Source of the DNA: Candidatus Solincola quzhuomuensis
Lineage (GTDB): Bacteria > Actinomycetota > Geothermincolia > Geothermincolales > RBG-13-55-18
Reading direction: 5' to 3'
NCBI GenBank assembly: GCA_015711855.1
Contig: JACVJF010000004.1
Coordinates: 1 to 60,695 of the forward strand
Length of the DNA stretch: 60,695 nucleotides
In this document: positions 42,909 through 52,439 of the stretch, piece by piece
Layout: each line of letters begins with the position of its first letter
Numbering within the stretch: position 1 is the stretch's first letter
The notes under the pieces: model-generated
The model's input: only the letters and a program-made list of their open reading frames with translations
What the model was told of the DNA's origin: nothing
The model's database searches: none
Made by a program: the position numbers and the translations under genes

Positions 42909-45662
42909 CTAAACGGAACCCTTGAAAGCCACCATCCCGTCGAGATTGCCCCAACCCGATCCCCCCACCGCCCATATGTGGGTGGCGTCCAGGATGTCGA
43001 TATCGTTTATATCCCCTTCGTAATTCTCGTCGGGGTATTGAACTTCCCAGTCGGAGCCGTTCCAGAAAAAGATGACCCCATACCACCTGCCGGTCCAGAC
43101 GGCGGCGGGAGCCAGCCCGGCCACGCTGCATAAGCCCTCGGTCCAGCCGGTCCCGATGGTCGTCCAGGTGGAACCGTTGAAGTGATAGAGGTTCACTCCC
43201 AGGATCCAGACGTTGTTCGCGTCCTTCACCCAGACGTCAGTCAGGTAGTCGTTGTTGGGAGGGATTCCGGTTATCTTGCTCCAGGTGGAGCCGTTGTAGC
43301 GGAGGACGGTCCCGCCGGCCCCCACCACCCAGACGTTTCCCGGGCCCGTCCCCTCCACTCTGTACAGGTCGACAGTGGTGCCGCTCTCCTGATGGGTCCA
43401 GTAGGTGCCGTTCCAGTAGACGATGCTCCCCTGGTCGCCTACCGCCCAAACGTGAGTGGCATCGGCGGCGTATACGCCGTTCAGGTCGCGGCCTTCCTGA
43501 CCGCTGTCCTGTTCCTTCCAGGAGGTCCCGTCGTAGTAGAGCAGTATTCCTTCATAGCCTACCGCCCACACCCGGTTGGCGGCCGCCGCGGAGACGTCGT
43601 ACAGATGTTTGGTGGTGCCGGAGTTCTGCGCAGTCCAAGAGGAGCCGTTGTAGAAAAGGATTGTCCCGCCGGCCCCCACCGCCCAGACGTGACCGGCGTC
43701 CAAGGCATCCACTCCGTAGAGGGTCTCCGCACCCGAGAGTTGCACTTCCCAGCCTCCCGCGGATCCCCCGCCGCCGGTCACGGTGAAGGGCTTTGCGTTG
43801 GAGGTCACCTTGATGGTGACGGGCCCCCACTTATGGAAGACGTGGGTCACCTTGACCTCCACGGTTCCCGTGACGCTCGCCGGTACCTTGCATTTGATCG
43901 TCTTGTCGGACCAAGAGACGTATTCCTCCGCCCTCACGTCCCCGAACTTCACGAAGGAATCGTTCTCCCGTGTAACGCCGAAGCCGTAGCCGTTTATGGT
44001 AACTAAGGTGCCCGCGGGGCCCGTTTCCGGAGAGAGGGAGGTGACGCCCACGTCGCTGGCCAAGAGCATCTCCCATTCGAGGAGGCCGTCGAACTTCTTG
44101 TCCAGGAAGGTCTTGGTCCACAACATGGTCCTGACCTGCACTATCACCCCCAAGTCCAGTTCCACGCCCACGAAGACCTCCCAGTGGGGCGTGTTCACCA
44201 GGTCCACGCCGAGGCGCACGTAGGGCTCGATGTTCACATAGGGACCGGCGATCCTATAGAACTTCAATCCTATCTGGGGCCCGGCGTAGGCCTTGAACTC
44301 CGCTTCGGCCACCGGTTTCGGGTAGGTCCAATCGAAGGAAAAGCTCTTGTCGGCGATGGGGCTCCACTCACCATTGTCGTAAGAGGCTCCCGTGGTCACG
44401 CTCCCGGATTGGGTGGCTCCGCAGGAAACGCCCACCGCTACGTTGCCCTTTATCCCCACGTGGAGGTTGACGTAGGGGGAGAGGACTATGGGGACACCGG
44501 CAACGGTGAAGGTTATGTCGTTGAAGCGGTGGTATACGAGCTCTTTCTCCTTATCGATATTCAATATGTCGTACGCCGCGGTCGCGCTGACCTCCACGTT
44601 CTCGAAGAAGGTGGTGCTGAAGGAGAACTTCTTGAGCGACCATTTCTTTATTTGCAGCTCCACGGACATGGTGATGCCCAGGGTGACCTCGCCGTCCAGC
44701 TCCACCCAGGCGTTTCCCATCTCCAGGCGAGTGTCGTCGAAGTTGTAGGTGAAGTCGAGGGTGGTCTCCGCGGCCGGCTGGAAGTTGGTCTCCCCCGCTG
44801 AGGGACGGAAGCTCACCGATTCGTCGAGGATGGTGGTGGAGGCCAGCTGGGAAGCGCTCAGGGGTATGATGGCCTGGAGGCGGCCGCTCTCTATGGCCTC
44901 CTCGATGGCCGCACCAACCGTCTCCAGGGTCACCTTACCGGCGGCCTTAGTGATTTTGGTCACCTTGAGGAGGAGCCCTCCAGGCGCCTGTGAGGATTTA
45001 CCGCTGACGATAACGTCGCCGAGCGCCAGGCCATCGATGACCGGGTTTCCGGCGGCGAAGGTGAGGATGATTTTGTCCTCCGTCTCCTGCGAGCCGAGCA
45101 GGTTGCCCATCTCCTCCTGACCGAGCACCTTGGTCGTCTCCGGGATGACGGGGGGCTCGTACTTGGCCCCCAGCGAGTCGTGGCCCCCGGACTTGCCGTA
45201 ATAGCTGAAATACATGGCCCTCTCCACCATGACCGGCGCGGTGCTCACCACCTTGGTGGACACGTCGGTGTTGGAGAGGCCGGGGAGCCCGTCCAGCTGG
45301 ATGGAGGAGCGCGTCCCCGCCGGGAGGTCGAACTCGTAGTCGGGCGCGGAATGACCCGGCGGGAGCTGGAACTTGAGGGTCACGTGGGCGGAGGTGCTCC
45401 CCGGGTTCTGCACCAGGACGTAGGTGTCGAACTGGCCCCCGGTGTAGCCCTCGGCCAAGTACCAGGTCTGGGCTTCTCCATAGGAGGTAGCGGAGGCCCC
45501 GGTGACCGTGCCTTCGCTGGTAGGTTCTGGAGAGGCTTCGGCTCTTATACCTGCGGCGCAAACGCCCGGAGATACGGCTGCGAATAGGCTTAGCATAAAG
45601 AGAAAGGAGGCGGTAAAGATAAAAATGCGGTTTCCCATGCTCTTTATTCCTGGATGGAGCAT
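42909..45662 (-). CDS. Large secreted protein with one WYLAEGYT module, an IPT/TIG domain and a C-terminal beta-propeller
   Basis: Signal peptide, SLSP..GPAGT.VTI.G.GFG...WSD..I.C.VP (IPT) and repeated VWAVG..G.IL.Y.G..W blades. Confidence 0.85.
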   Translation of the reverse strand: MLHPGIKSMGNRIFIFTASFLFMLSLFAAVSPGVCAAGIRAEASPEPTSEGTVTGASATSYGEAQTWYLAEGYTGGQFDTYVLVQNPGSTSAHVTLKFQLPPGHSAPDYEFDLPAGTRSSIQLDGLPGLSNTDVSTKVVSTAPVMVERAMYFSYYGKSGGHDSLGAKYEPPVIPETTKVLGQEEMGNLLGSQETEDKIILTFAAGNPVIDGLALGDVIVSGKSSQAPGGLLLKVTKITKAAGKVTLETVGAAIEEAIESGRLQAIIPLSASQLASTTILDESVSFRPSAGETNFQPAAETTLDFTYNFDDTRLEMGNAWVELDGEVTLGITMSVELQIKKWSLKKFSFSTTFFENVEVSATAAYDILNIDKEKELVYHRFNDITFTVAGVPIVLSPYVNLHVGIKGNVAVGVSCGATQSGSVTTGASYDNGEWSPIADKSFSFDWTYPKPVAEAEFKAYAGPQIGLKFYRIAGPYVNIEPYVRLGVDLVNTPHWEVFVGVELDLGVIVQVRTMLWTKTFLDKKFDGLLEWEMLLASDVGVTSLSPETGPAGTLVTINGYGFGVTRENDSFVKFGDVRAEEYVSWSDKTIKCKVPASVTGTVEVKVTHVFHKWGPVTIKVTSNAKPFTVTGGGGSAGGWEVQLSGAETLYGVDALDAGHVWAVGAGGTILFYNGSSWTAQNSGTTKHLYDVSAAAANRVWAVGYEGILLYYDGTSWKEQDSGQEGRDLNGVYAADATHVWAVGDQGSIVYWNGTYWTHQESGTTVDLYRVEGTGPGNVWVVGAGGTVLRYNGSTWSKITGIPPNNDYLTDVWVKDANNVWILGVNLYHFNGSTWTTIGTGWTEGLCSVAGLAPAAVWTGRWYGVIFFWNGSDWEVQYPDENYEGDINDIDILDATHIWAVGGSGWGNLDGMVAFKGSV

Positions 45663-45691
45663 TGTTACCCCCTTTACTAAAGGGCGGAAGC

Positions 45692-45721
45692 CTTTCAAGC
45701 CATATTCTTTCAAGCCATATT
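45692..45721. repeat. Perfect 15-bp tandem direct repeat
   Basis: CTTTCAAGCCATATT twice (45692-45706, 45707-45721), overlapping the palindrome GCCATA-N5-TATGGC. Confidence 0.85.
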
Positions 45722-46170
45722 ATATATGGCGGGCATATTATACGGCGATATATGACGATGCGATTTTTAAAAAGCCTCAAAGGCCGGCGATTTGCGGTTA
45801 AGGGTAGAACATGCCCTTGGCGGAACGGAGATGTATCGGTGTAGGACACCGGCGGTCTTAACGGAAAGGGGAAGCTGCGGAGACCGTAGGCATGGTTCCG
45901 CTGACTCGAGCGTGAGCTCTTCCCTTCGACCTTACCTGGCCTTGTTCCCGAAAACGCTCTCCGTCTTCTCGCAGGACCTTGGAAACTTGGCTTAAGGGCG
46001 GGGGACGTCGGAGACATCGAGGAAAGACAAGCTGTGGGATGAAGGCAATAGGTTATTACCCATGGCGAAAGAAGACGGGTTATCTTCGGTTGAAGACGGA
46101 ACGGCTGCGTATGGAGTCGAACGCGCCCCGGTAGGTTTACTACGCGCTCGGAAGTGCCGAACCCTTTACC

Positions 46171-48300
46171 TTACGACGACGCGTTACCGCCGAAGGTTCT
46201 TCCGCGCGGCGAAGAGGAGGTTCCGCCGCGGTCCTTACCGTGAAGTATTTCGGAAATAGTTTCCAAACCATATCTTTCCAGAACGGCGGGCTTGGGAAAA
46301 CCGCGCTCGTCGAGCCCTCTCAGTCGGTAGAACTCCTCGAGCATGTAGTCGAGGTCCACGCGGCCGCCGTCCGGTTCCCCGGAGCGGGCGGCGCGGGTTC
46401 TACGGAAACCCCCAACCGAGGGTAGGAATTTTGCGGCTAGGTTTATTATCCGAAAGGTGTGACGCAGTGTAACGCGACGGTTGAACTCCTTCGCCAGGCG
46501 TAGGACCTTCTCGTTCTTCATCCTCCCCAGCAGCCGGTTGGTCGACCTGAGGAGGGGGTTGAGGGCGCCGAGGAGATAGGCGGCCTCCCCCTCGAGGTGA
46601 GGTTCGATTATCCTCCGCGGAACCCGGTCGTCCTCCCGAGTGCTCCCGCAGAGGTTGCCGAGCGCTCTCTTCAGGTACCAGATGCGATTACCGGTCTCCA
46701 TGAGTTCATCGAGGGTAAGTCCGTATCCGGTCACGGCGTTGAGCATGTCCCTGAGCATGGCCAGTTCGGAGCCTGCCCCCTTCCAGGCGAAGAGGCAGAT
46801 GACGGCCGCATCGCAGAGAGAGGCCACGGCTTGGGAGTGTATGGTCATCTCGGCCTTGCCCTCCATGCGCTGCGGAAGGGTCCTCGGAAACCCTATCTCC
46901 TCCAGGCTGTCCATCCCCATCTCCAGGCCCAGGTTGGTGTCCCGGTTATGGCATCCCCCTCGGATGCTGGTGGCATAACCCAGGGCCATGGACCACAGGG
47001 CACGCGGGTCGTGCATGGGGCATTCCAGGCCCTTGACCTGGATGGCGAATTCATCCCCGCCGTACTTTGCGGCAAGGGCGCGTGATCCCTCCGCGAGCTC
47101 GTCGCCGAAGCCCTCACGGCGGGCGATCTTGGGGATGAGCTCGACCAGGAGACCAGGCTTGTTCCAGTCCAGTTCCATGCCCCCCGTGGTCGTCGCGTCG
47201 ATGAGTCCCGCTCGGAAGGCCTCCACGGCGTAGGCCAAAGTTCCCCCGGTGGAGATGACGTCCATGCCGAAGTGGTTGCAGAGTGCATTGGCCGTGGCCA
47301 CGGCCAGGAGGTCGTCGATCTTGAGCAGGAAACCCAGTGAGCCCACGCCCTCGTATTCCGGTCCCGGGCCGTCGGACATGGTACAATCTCCTATATCTAT
47401 TTTGACCACGCGCTTGCAGGCGATGGGGCAGGCATGACAGGAGCGCCTGCCGACCAGGATGGTGTCGGCCATGTGCACGCCGGAGAGGTTTTCCATCCCC
47501 TCTATCCATTGAGGCTCCCTCCAGTTCTTGACCGGGATGTCGCATATGGCCGAGGAGAGGTCCACCCCTCCCGCTGTGCCGAAGAGTCGGAGACCTTCCG
47601 CGAAGGGGCTTCTATCGATTTTCTCCAGGGCCTTCCGGCGCACGGCCTTGAAGGACTGGGGGTCGGCGGGCTCGGATTCGAGGTTTCCCCTGACGGCCAC
47701 CGCCTTAAGCTTCTTGGAGCCCATCACCGCCCCCATGCCCGACCGCGCTGCCAGGTTTCCCCGATCGCAGACGATGCTGGCATATTTTACCATATTCTCT
47801 CCGGCCGGTCCGATACCGGCCACCGCGGTCCTTCGGTCGCCGACCTCTTTCTTGATGGCTTCTTCGGCCTCGAAGGTTCCCATGCCCCAAAGATGGGAGG
47901 CGTCGCGCAATTCCCCGCCACTCTCGGTCAAAAGGAGGTATACGGGGTGCTCCGAGGCCCCGGTGAAGACGACCCCTTCGTAGCCTGTGCCCCGCAGTTG
48001 GCGAGCGAAGGGGCCGCCCATACTGGACTCCCCCCATATACCCGTCTGGGGAGAACGTCCCCCTATGGAGAGGCGGGAACAGCCGGGGAGGCTGGTTCCG
48101 GATAAGGGACCATTGAGGAAGATGAGGGGATTCCCGGGGGAAAGAGGAGGGACCTCCCACCCTCTCAGCTGGAAGAAGATGTAAGCCGCCATTCCAGATC
48201 CGCCCAGGAACTTTCGGCATGCCTCTTCCTCCAACCGACGTTCGGATATCTCTCCTGCGGCGAGGTCCACGAACAGCAGTTTTCCCCCTTCACGGGACAT
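46171..48300 (-). CDS. Aldehyde:ferredoxin oxidoreductase family (tungstopterin) protein
   Basis: SPQTG..GESS.GG, GPAGE, AARSGMGAVMGSKKLKA, CHACPIAC, PEYE, GMDVIS.G, HDPR and RGGCH motifs. Confidence 0.92.
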   Translation of the reverse strand: MSREGGKLLFVDLAAGEISERRLEEEACRKFLGGSGMAAYIFFQLRGWEVPPLSPGNPLIFLNGPLSGTSLPGCSRLSIGGRSPQTGIWGESSMGGPFARQLRGTGYEGVVFTGASEHPVYLLLTESGGELRDASHLWGMGTFEAEEAIKKEVGDRRTAVAGIGPAGENMVKYASIVCDRGNLAARSGMGAVMGSKKLKAVAVRGNLESEPADPQSFKAVRRKALEKIDRSPFAEGLRLFGTAGGVDLSSAICDIPVKNWREPQWIEGMENLSGVHMADTILVGRRSCHACPIACKRVVKIDIGDCTMSDGPGPEYEGVGSLGFLLKIDDLLAVATANALCNHFGMDVISTGGTLAYAVEAFRAGLIDATTTGGMELDWNKPGLLVELIPKIARREGFGDELAEGSRALAAKYGGDEFAIQVKGLECPMHDPRALWSMALGYATSIRGGCHNRDTNLGLEMGMDSLEEIGFPRTLPQRMEGKAEMTIHSQAVASLCDAAVICLFAWKGAGSELAMLRDMLNAVTGYGLTLDELMETGNRIWYLKRALGNLCGSTREDDRVPRRIIEPHLEGEAAYLLGALNPLLRSTNRLLGRMKNEKVLRLAKEFNRRVTLRHTFRIINLAAKFLPSVGGFRRTRAARSGEPDGGRVDLDYMLEEFYRLRGLDERGFPKPAVLERYGLETISEILHGKDRGGTSSSPRGRTFGGNASS

Positions 48301-48787
48301 GGTACGTCACCTCTACTTCACTGAGTTACGCACACCATGGTCGTCCCCCAGTTTTCCCCTCCCCGTGTAAGAACGGCGTTTCACTGCTCGAGCGAGCATG
48401 TAGCTCGCAAGCCTTGTGCCGGTCCGGGGTCTTCCACGGCGTGCCTCGTCCCCTGTTCCGATTCGTCGGGTCGCCGCCGGCATGGCTACCGTGAGTTGTA
48501 CACCGTTTCCCTCCTGGGCAGGCCGGTTCGGCGTTCCTCATCCCCTCGCGAGAGAGCTTTCCCGAGCCGAACGGACCATGTTTCGCCTGACGCCGCTCGT
48601 CCCTCCTCTTCCCCCTCTCTTTTTGGGACGCCGTTCGAGGCCCCTTCCGCCTCGCGGGGATCGTGCTGCGTGGATGGTCCGCCCCAATTTCAGGACGCCG
48701 GAGATGAGCGGCCTCACCCTCGCACCCCTGCTCCCGAGCGACGGAAACCCGGGAGATGCCCCGGCACAAACCCCTGATTTCGATGAC

Positions 48788-49756
48788 TCATCCTTGTCTC
48801 CTCTCCCGCAGGCGGGGGAAGAGCTCCCTCGCATTGCGGTGAAAAACCGCCTCCCGGGCGCTCTCGTCGAAGCCCGGGTACTCGTTCAAGGCGGCAATGG
48901 TGGCCACGGCGGCCAGTTCCGGAGCGAAGGGGAAATCGCTGCCGAAGAGGATGTGCGAATCATCCACCAGCTCCTGCAGGGAGCGCAGGGCGAAGGGCGC
49001 TGCGGCCAGGGCGGTGTCGTAATAAAGGCGCTGCAGGTAGGCGATGACCCCCTTTGGCACGTGCTCCTGGAGGCCGGGCCAGAACTGCCCCAGGCCGAGC
49101 CTGAGGGCTATGAAAGGGACGGTGCCCCCGGCGTGGGGAAGGATGATCCTCACGTGGGGACACCTTTCCAGGATGCCGTTAAAGAGCAGGGTGGCCACGG
49201 CGCGCGTGGTCTCGAAGACGAACTCGATGAGGGAAGGGGGCAGGCCGGTGCCCGGGAGGTCGCTCTCCTCGGGCGTGTGCGGGTGCATGAAGACCACCGC
49301 TTCCCGGCGGTCCAGCTCCTCGAAGAGTGGCTCATAAGAAGGATGCCCCATATAGCGACCGTCCACGCTGCTCAACAGTCCGATGCCGTCCAGCTTCAAC
49401 CGGTCAAGGGCGTAGGCCGCCTCTTCCAGTGCGGCTTCCACGTCCGGCAAGGGCAGTACGGCGAAGGCGCCGAAGCGGCTCGGGTTCTCGCCAACCAGCT
49501 CGGCGAGGTATTCGTTGCAGGACCGTGCCAGCTCCCTGGCCAGAGAGAGGTCGCCTATGAAGACACCGGGCGCGGAGACGGAGAGGAGCGCCGTCTCTAT
49601 GCCCTGCCGGTCCATGAAGGCCAGGGTCTCCTCCAGGTCCCAGGCGGGAATGGGGCGCCCTCCAACGCTCTCCACGCCCCGCGCGGCCAGGGCGGATCGG
49701 TATTCGGGCGGAGCTATGTGGTGATGCACATCGATCTTCGGCATGGCCATCTCCAT
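48788..49756 (-). CDS. Amidohydrolase_2 family protein (ACMSD/decarboxylase-like)
   Basis: IDVHHH, FMHP, HAGG, YYDTA and FGSDFPF motifs. Confidence 0.9.
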   Translation of the reverse strand: MEMAMPKIDVHHHIAPPEYRSALAARGVESVGGRPIPAWDLEETLAFMDRQGIETALLSVSAPGVFIGDLSLARELARSCNEYLAELVGENPSRFGAFAVLPLPDVEAALEEAAYALDRLKLDGIGLLSSVDGRYMGHPSYEPLFEELDRREAVVFMHPHTPEESDLPGTGLPPSLIEFVFETTRAVATLLFNGILERCPHVRIILPHAGGTVPFIALRLGLGQFWPGLQEHVPKGVIAYLQRLYYDTALAAAPFALRSLQELVDDSHILFGSDFPFAPELAAVATIAALNEYPGFDESAREAVFHRNARELFPRLRERRQG

Positions 49757-49892
49757 CCCTCACCTCGGTTATCCTCGTCCCCGGTCCGGGATGCGAACCT
49801 CTGCCCCGCATGGAGGCCGTAGTGCCGAGTTCATGCGGCATGTGGAGATCCGAAGGCGGCCGTCCGGGGTGGCCTTCCAAGCGTTGCCGCCG

Positions 49893-50177
49893 TCATCCAT
49901 GCTCGATGACCACCCCGGTGCCCCCCGCCGGGTAGGAGAAGTCGATGGCCTCCATGGGGCAGATCTCCCAACAAGCCGCGCATTCCAGGCACAGTTCCTG
50001 GTATCGCGGAGCTAGGCGAGCCTTGCCCTCCTTCAGCGACCACAGGTTGAAGGAGCAGACCTTGGTGCACAGGCCGCAGCCGTCGCACTTGCTCTCGTCG
50101 TAACGGATGAAGTCGCCGGTTTTGTCGACATCCACCCTCTTCACCAGCTTGGTGAATTCCAGCTTTATCTCCTCCAT
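49893..50177 (-). CDS. FixX-like 2x[4Fe-4S] ferredoxin
   Basis: CDGCGLCTKVC and CLECAAC...C, with the C-terminal YP.GG.GV...G typical of FixX. Confidence 0.85.
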   Translation of the reverse strand: MEEIKLEFTKLVKRVDVDKTGDFIRYDESKCDGCGLCTKVCSFNLWSLKEGKARLAPRYQELCLECAACWEICPMEAIDFSYPAGGTGVVIEHG

Positions 50178-50222
50178 CTCCCTTACCTCCTCGTCGCACC
50201 CTCTCGCGCGCATACTCCTCGC

Positions 50223-51719
50223 TTACCTTTTTCTTCCTGCCCTGCTCCTCTCGAAGACCTCCCGGGGCACGGGTGCTTCCTGGTTTATGCTCGGGTCTAG
50301 ATAGGGGGCCAAAGACTTGGAAAGTTTTGCCATCAAGCGCAGGAAGGTGTTGTCCGGGAGCTTACCCAGTATCGGGATCCTGGGCTTCACCGAGAGCAGG
50401 ATCCTCTTCACGTTCTTGGGCCATATGCCCCGAGCCAAGGGAGCCAGGTAGGTGCGGCCGAAGTCGGCGAACTGCGGGGCCAGGTCCAAGAGGTGTTCCA
50501 GATGTTGGTTGAAGCAGTCGATGTGTGCGTCGCCCCAGTCGAAGACCACGGAGAAGGGATGGAGCATGGAGAACTCCAGGAGGAGCTGTATCTGCCGGGC
50601 CATGAGCTTGGGATCGAAGATGGTGCTGTTCCAGAGGTCCACGAACTCCGGCCCGAACTCGTGCTCCTTGCCCAGGGGGGAGGCCTTCCAGCGGCGTTCA
50701 TACTCGGCAAGGGCCTTCTCCGATGCGTCTCCCTTGGAGATGGCCCAAGCGGCGGTCTCCGCGGCGATCTTCCCGGAGGTGAGGGCGTGCCAGATCCCTT
50801 CCGCCTCCAGGGGGCAGGGGAAGCCGGCGGCGTCCCCCACCAGCATCATGCCCCCGGTGTAGGTCTTGGGAGGCTTCTTCAACCAGGGGAGGAGGTGAGC
50901 CTGGTACTCGCGCGGTTTGGCCTCTATGGCTCGGCACATGGCCTGGAAGGCCGGGAACTGCAGCACCTTCTTCACCATGTCCGTGGGCCTCTCGTCCCAG
51001 TCCTCCCGCAGCCATTGGCCGGCGCCGATGTGGAAACCGTCACGGAAGTTGACCTGGTAGGCCCCGTAGAGGGCACCGAACCACACCCACTCCGCATTGC
51101 CGATGACGTCGTCCATCTTCTCCGGGTCGGCGGAGAAGTCCAGTTGAGGAACCAGGGTGCAGCCGCCGCCCCAGCGGTTGCGCATCCCCGACTTGCGGGC
51201 CATGGTGGACATGGCGCCGTCGGCGGCGATGACCACCTCGGCGTAGAAGGGCTCGCCCTTCTCCGTGCGCACTCCCTTCACCTGGCCGTTCTCCATGATC
51301 ACGTCGCTGACCAGGGTGGAGGTGCGCAGTTCGGCCCCCGCCTTCACCGCCAGGTCGGCGAGGAAAGGGTCCAGGTCTCGGCGGTAGATGCTGATGCCGT
51401 CCATGCCGTGCGGCCAGCGGTTGGCGCAGAGATCCGACCCCGTGGTCCCGCAGCGGTAGCGCAGGCGGTTGTTCTCGTCCACGAGGTTTATGACCACCAT
51501 CTCCACCTTGCGCACGGAGGGCAGCCCCTGCAGGGCCTCCATGATCTCCGGGAAGTCCCGCCACCAGCGCTGCCCCAAGCCGCATCCGGAGGAGTTCTTG
51601 TCCCCTGGCCTGCGACCCCTCTCGAAGAAGATCGTTTTCAGCCCCAGCTCGGCCGCGGTCTTGGCGGCGTAAGAACCGCCGGGTCCGGCTCCCACCACCA
51701 CCACATCCCACTTTTCCAT
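50223..51719 (-). CDS. FixC/geranylgeranyl-reductase family flavoprotein
   Basis: VVGAGPGG, ERG..PG.KN.SG, R..LD..LA..A..AGA, ADG and VGDAAG motifs; followed by a FixX-like gene. Confidence 0.85.
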   Translation of the reverse strand: MEKWDVVVVGAGPGGSYAAKTAAELGLKTIFFERGRRPGDKNSSGCGLGQRWWRDFPEIMEALQGLPSVRKVEMVVINLVDENNRLRYRCGTTGSDLCANRWPHGMDGISIYRRDLDPFLADLAVKAGAELRTSTLVSDVIMENGQVKGVRTEKGEPFYAEVVIAADGAMSTMARKSGMRNRWGGGCTLVPQLDFSADPEKMDDVIGNAEWVWFGALYGAYQVNFRDGFHIGAGQWLREDWDERPTDMVKKVLQFPAFQAMCRAIEAKPREYQAHLLPWLKKPPKTYTGGMMLVGDAAGFPCPLEAEGIWHALTSGKIAAETAAWAISKGDASEKALAEYERRWKASPLGKEHEFGPEFVDLWNSTIFDPKLMARQIQLLLEFSMLHPFSVVFDWGDAHIDCFNQHLEHLLDLAPQFADFGRTYLAPLARGIWPKNVKRILLSVKPRIPILGKLPDNTFLRLMAKLSKSLAPYLDPSINQEAPVPREVFERSRAGRKR

Positions 51720-52439
51720 CCGCAGTCACCTCCCTCAAAGGTCGTCGCTCACGGTCTATGCCGACTTGGCGTCCCCCGTCCGTTTATGGTCCGGACATGG
51801 CTTGCACGCCGCTCCGGCGCTTCTCTCTATAGCGGCCACGTCCATTTCCCGAATCCCGTTTCCCGCGATCCCGTTCGCGAACCCCGACCGTGTCTCCCGT
51901 CGATCCAATCGCCCTTTTGCCCGCCACAAGCCCGGTTTCTCCTATCGGAAAAGGAAATCCCGACTCCGGAGACCGAAACTCCGGAGCCGCCGGGGAAGCG
52001 CCGCCAAGATCGCCGCATCCCGCGACGCTCCCTTTGCGCCGCGTCGCCCGCCCTGCTTTTCGAGCGGTTCCCGTGGCATGGAAACCACCTTGCGGGGCAT
52101 CGTCGCCCCGCGCTTATAAAGGCCTTGGCCCGGGACCGGGTTGACCTTGAGCCCGGTTAAACATCTTCCCGCACCCGGAAAAGGATTTGCTTCACACGGC
52201 GGAAGCGTCCCCCCGGTCCTTGAGGTTCGTCGGGCTGCGATAGCTGCGATGGGTAGGATATGGGAAGTGCCTAGAGACGCGGGCGAGATCGTGCCGTTTT
52301 CCTCCTCGAAAAAGCCTTCTCCCGTCATCCGTCCGACGGATACCAGTTCGCAAGGTTCGGTAGCCCACTCAATGGCGCACTTCTTCGCGCAAGGGGAAAC
52401 CGTAAAAGGCGTTCCCCTCCTTGCCGTTGGCGGCGGCCC

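Noticed and set aside
51720-52439. 720-nt gap with short ORFs, possible hidden gene or ncRNA
   Set aside because: The ORFs lack RBS or protein-like composition and no recognisable RNA motif is present; treated as intergenic.
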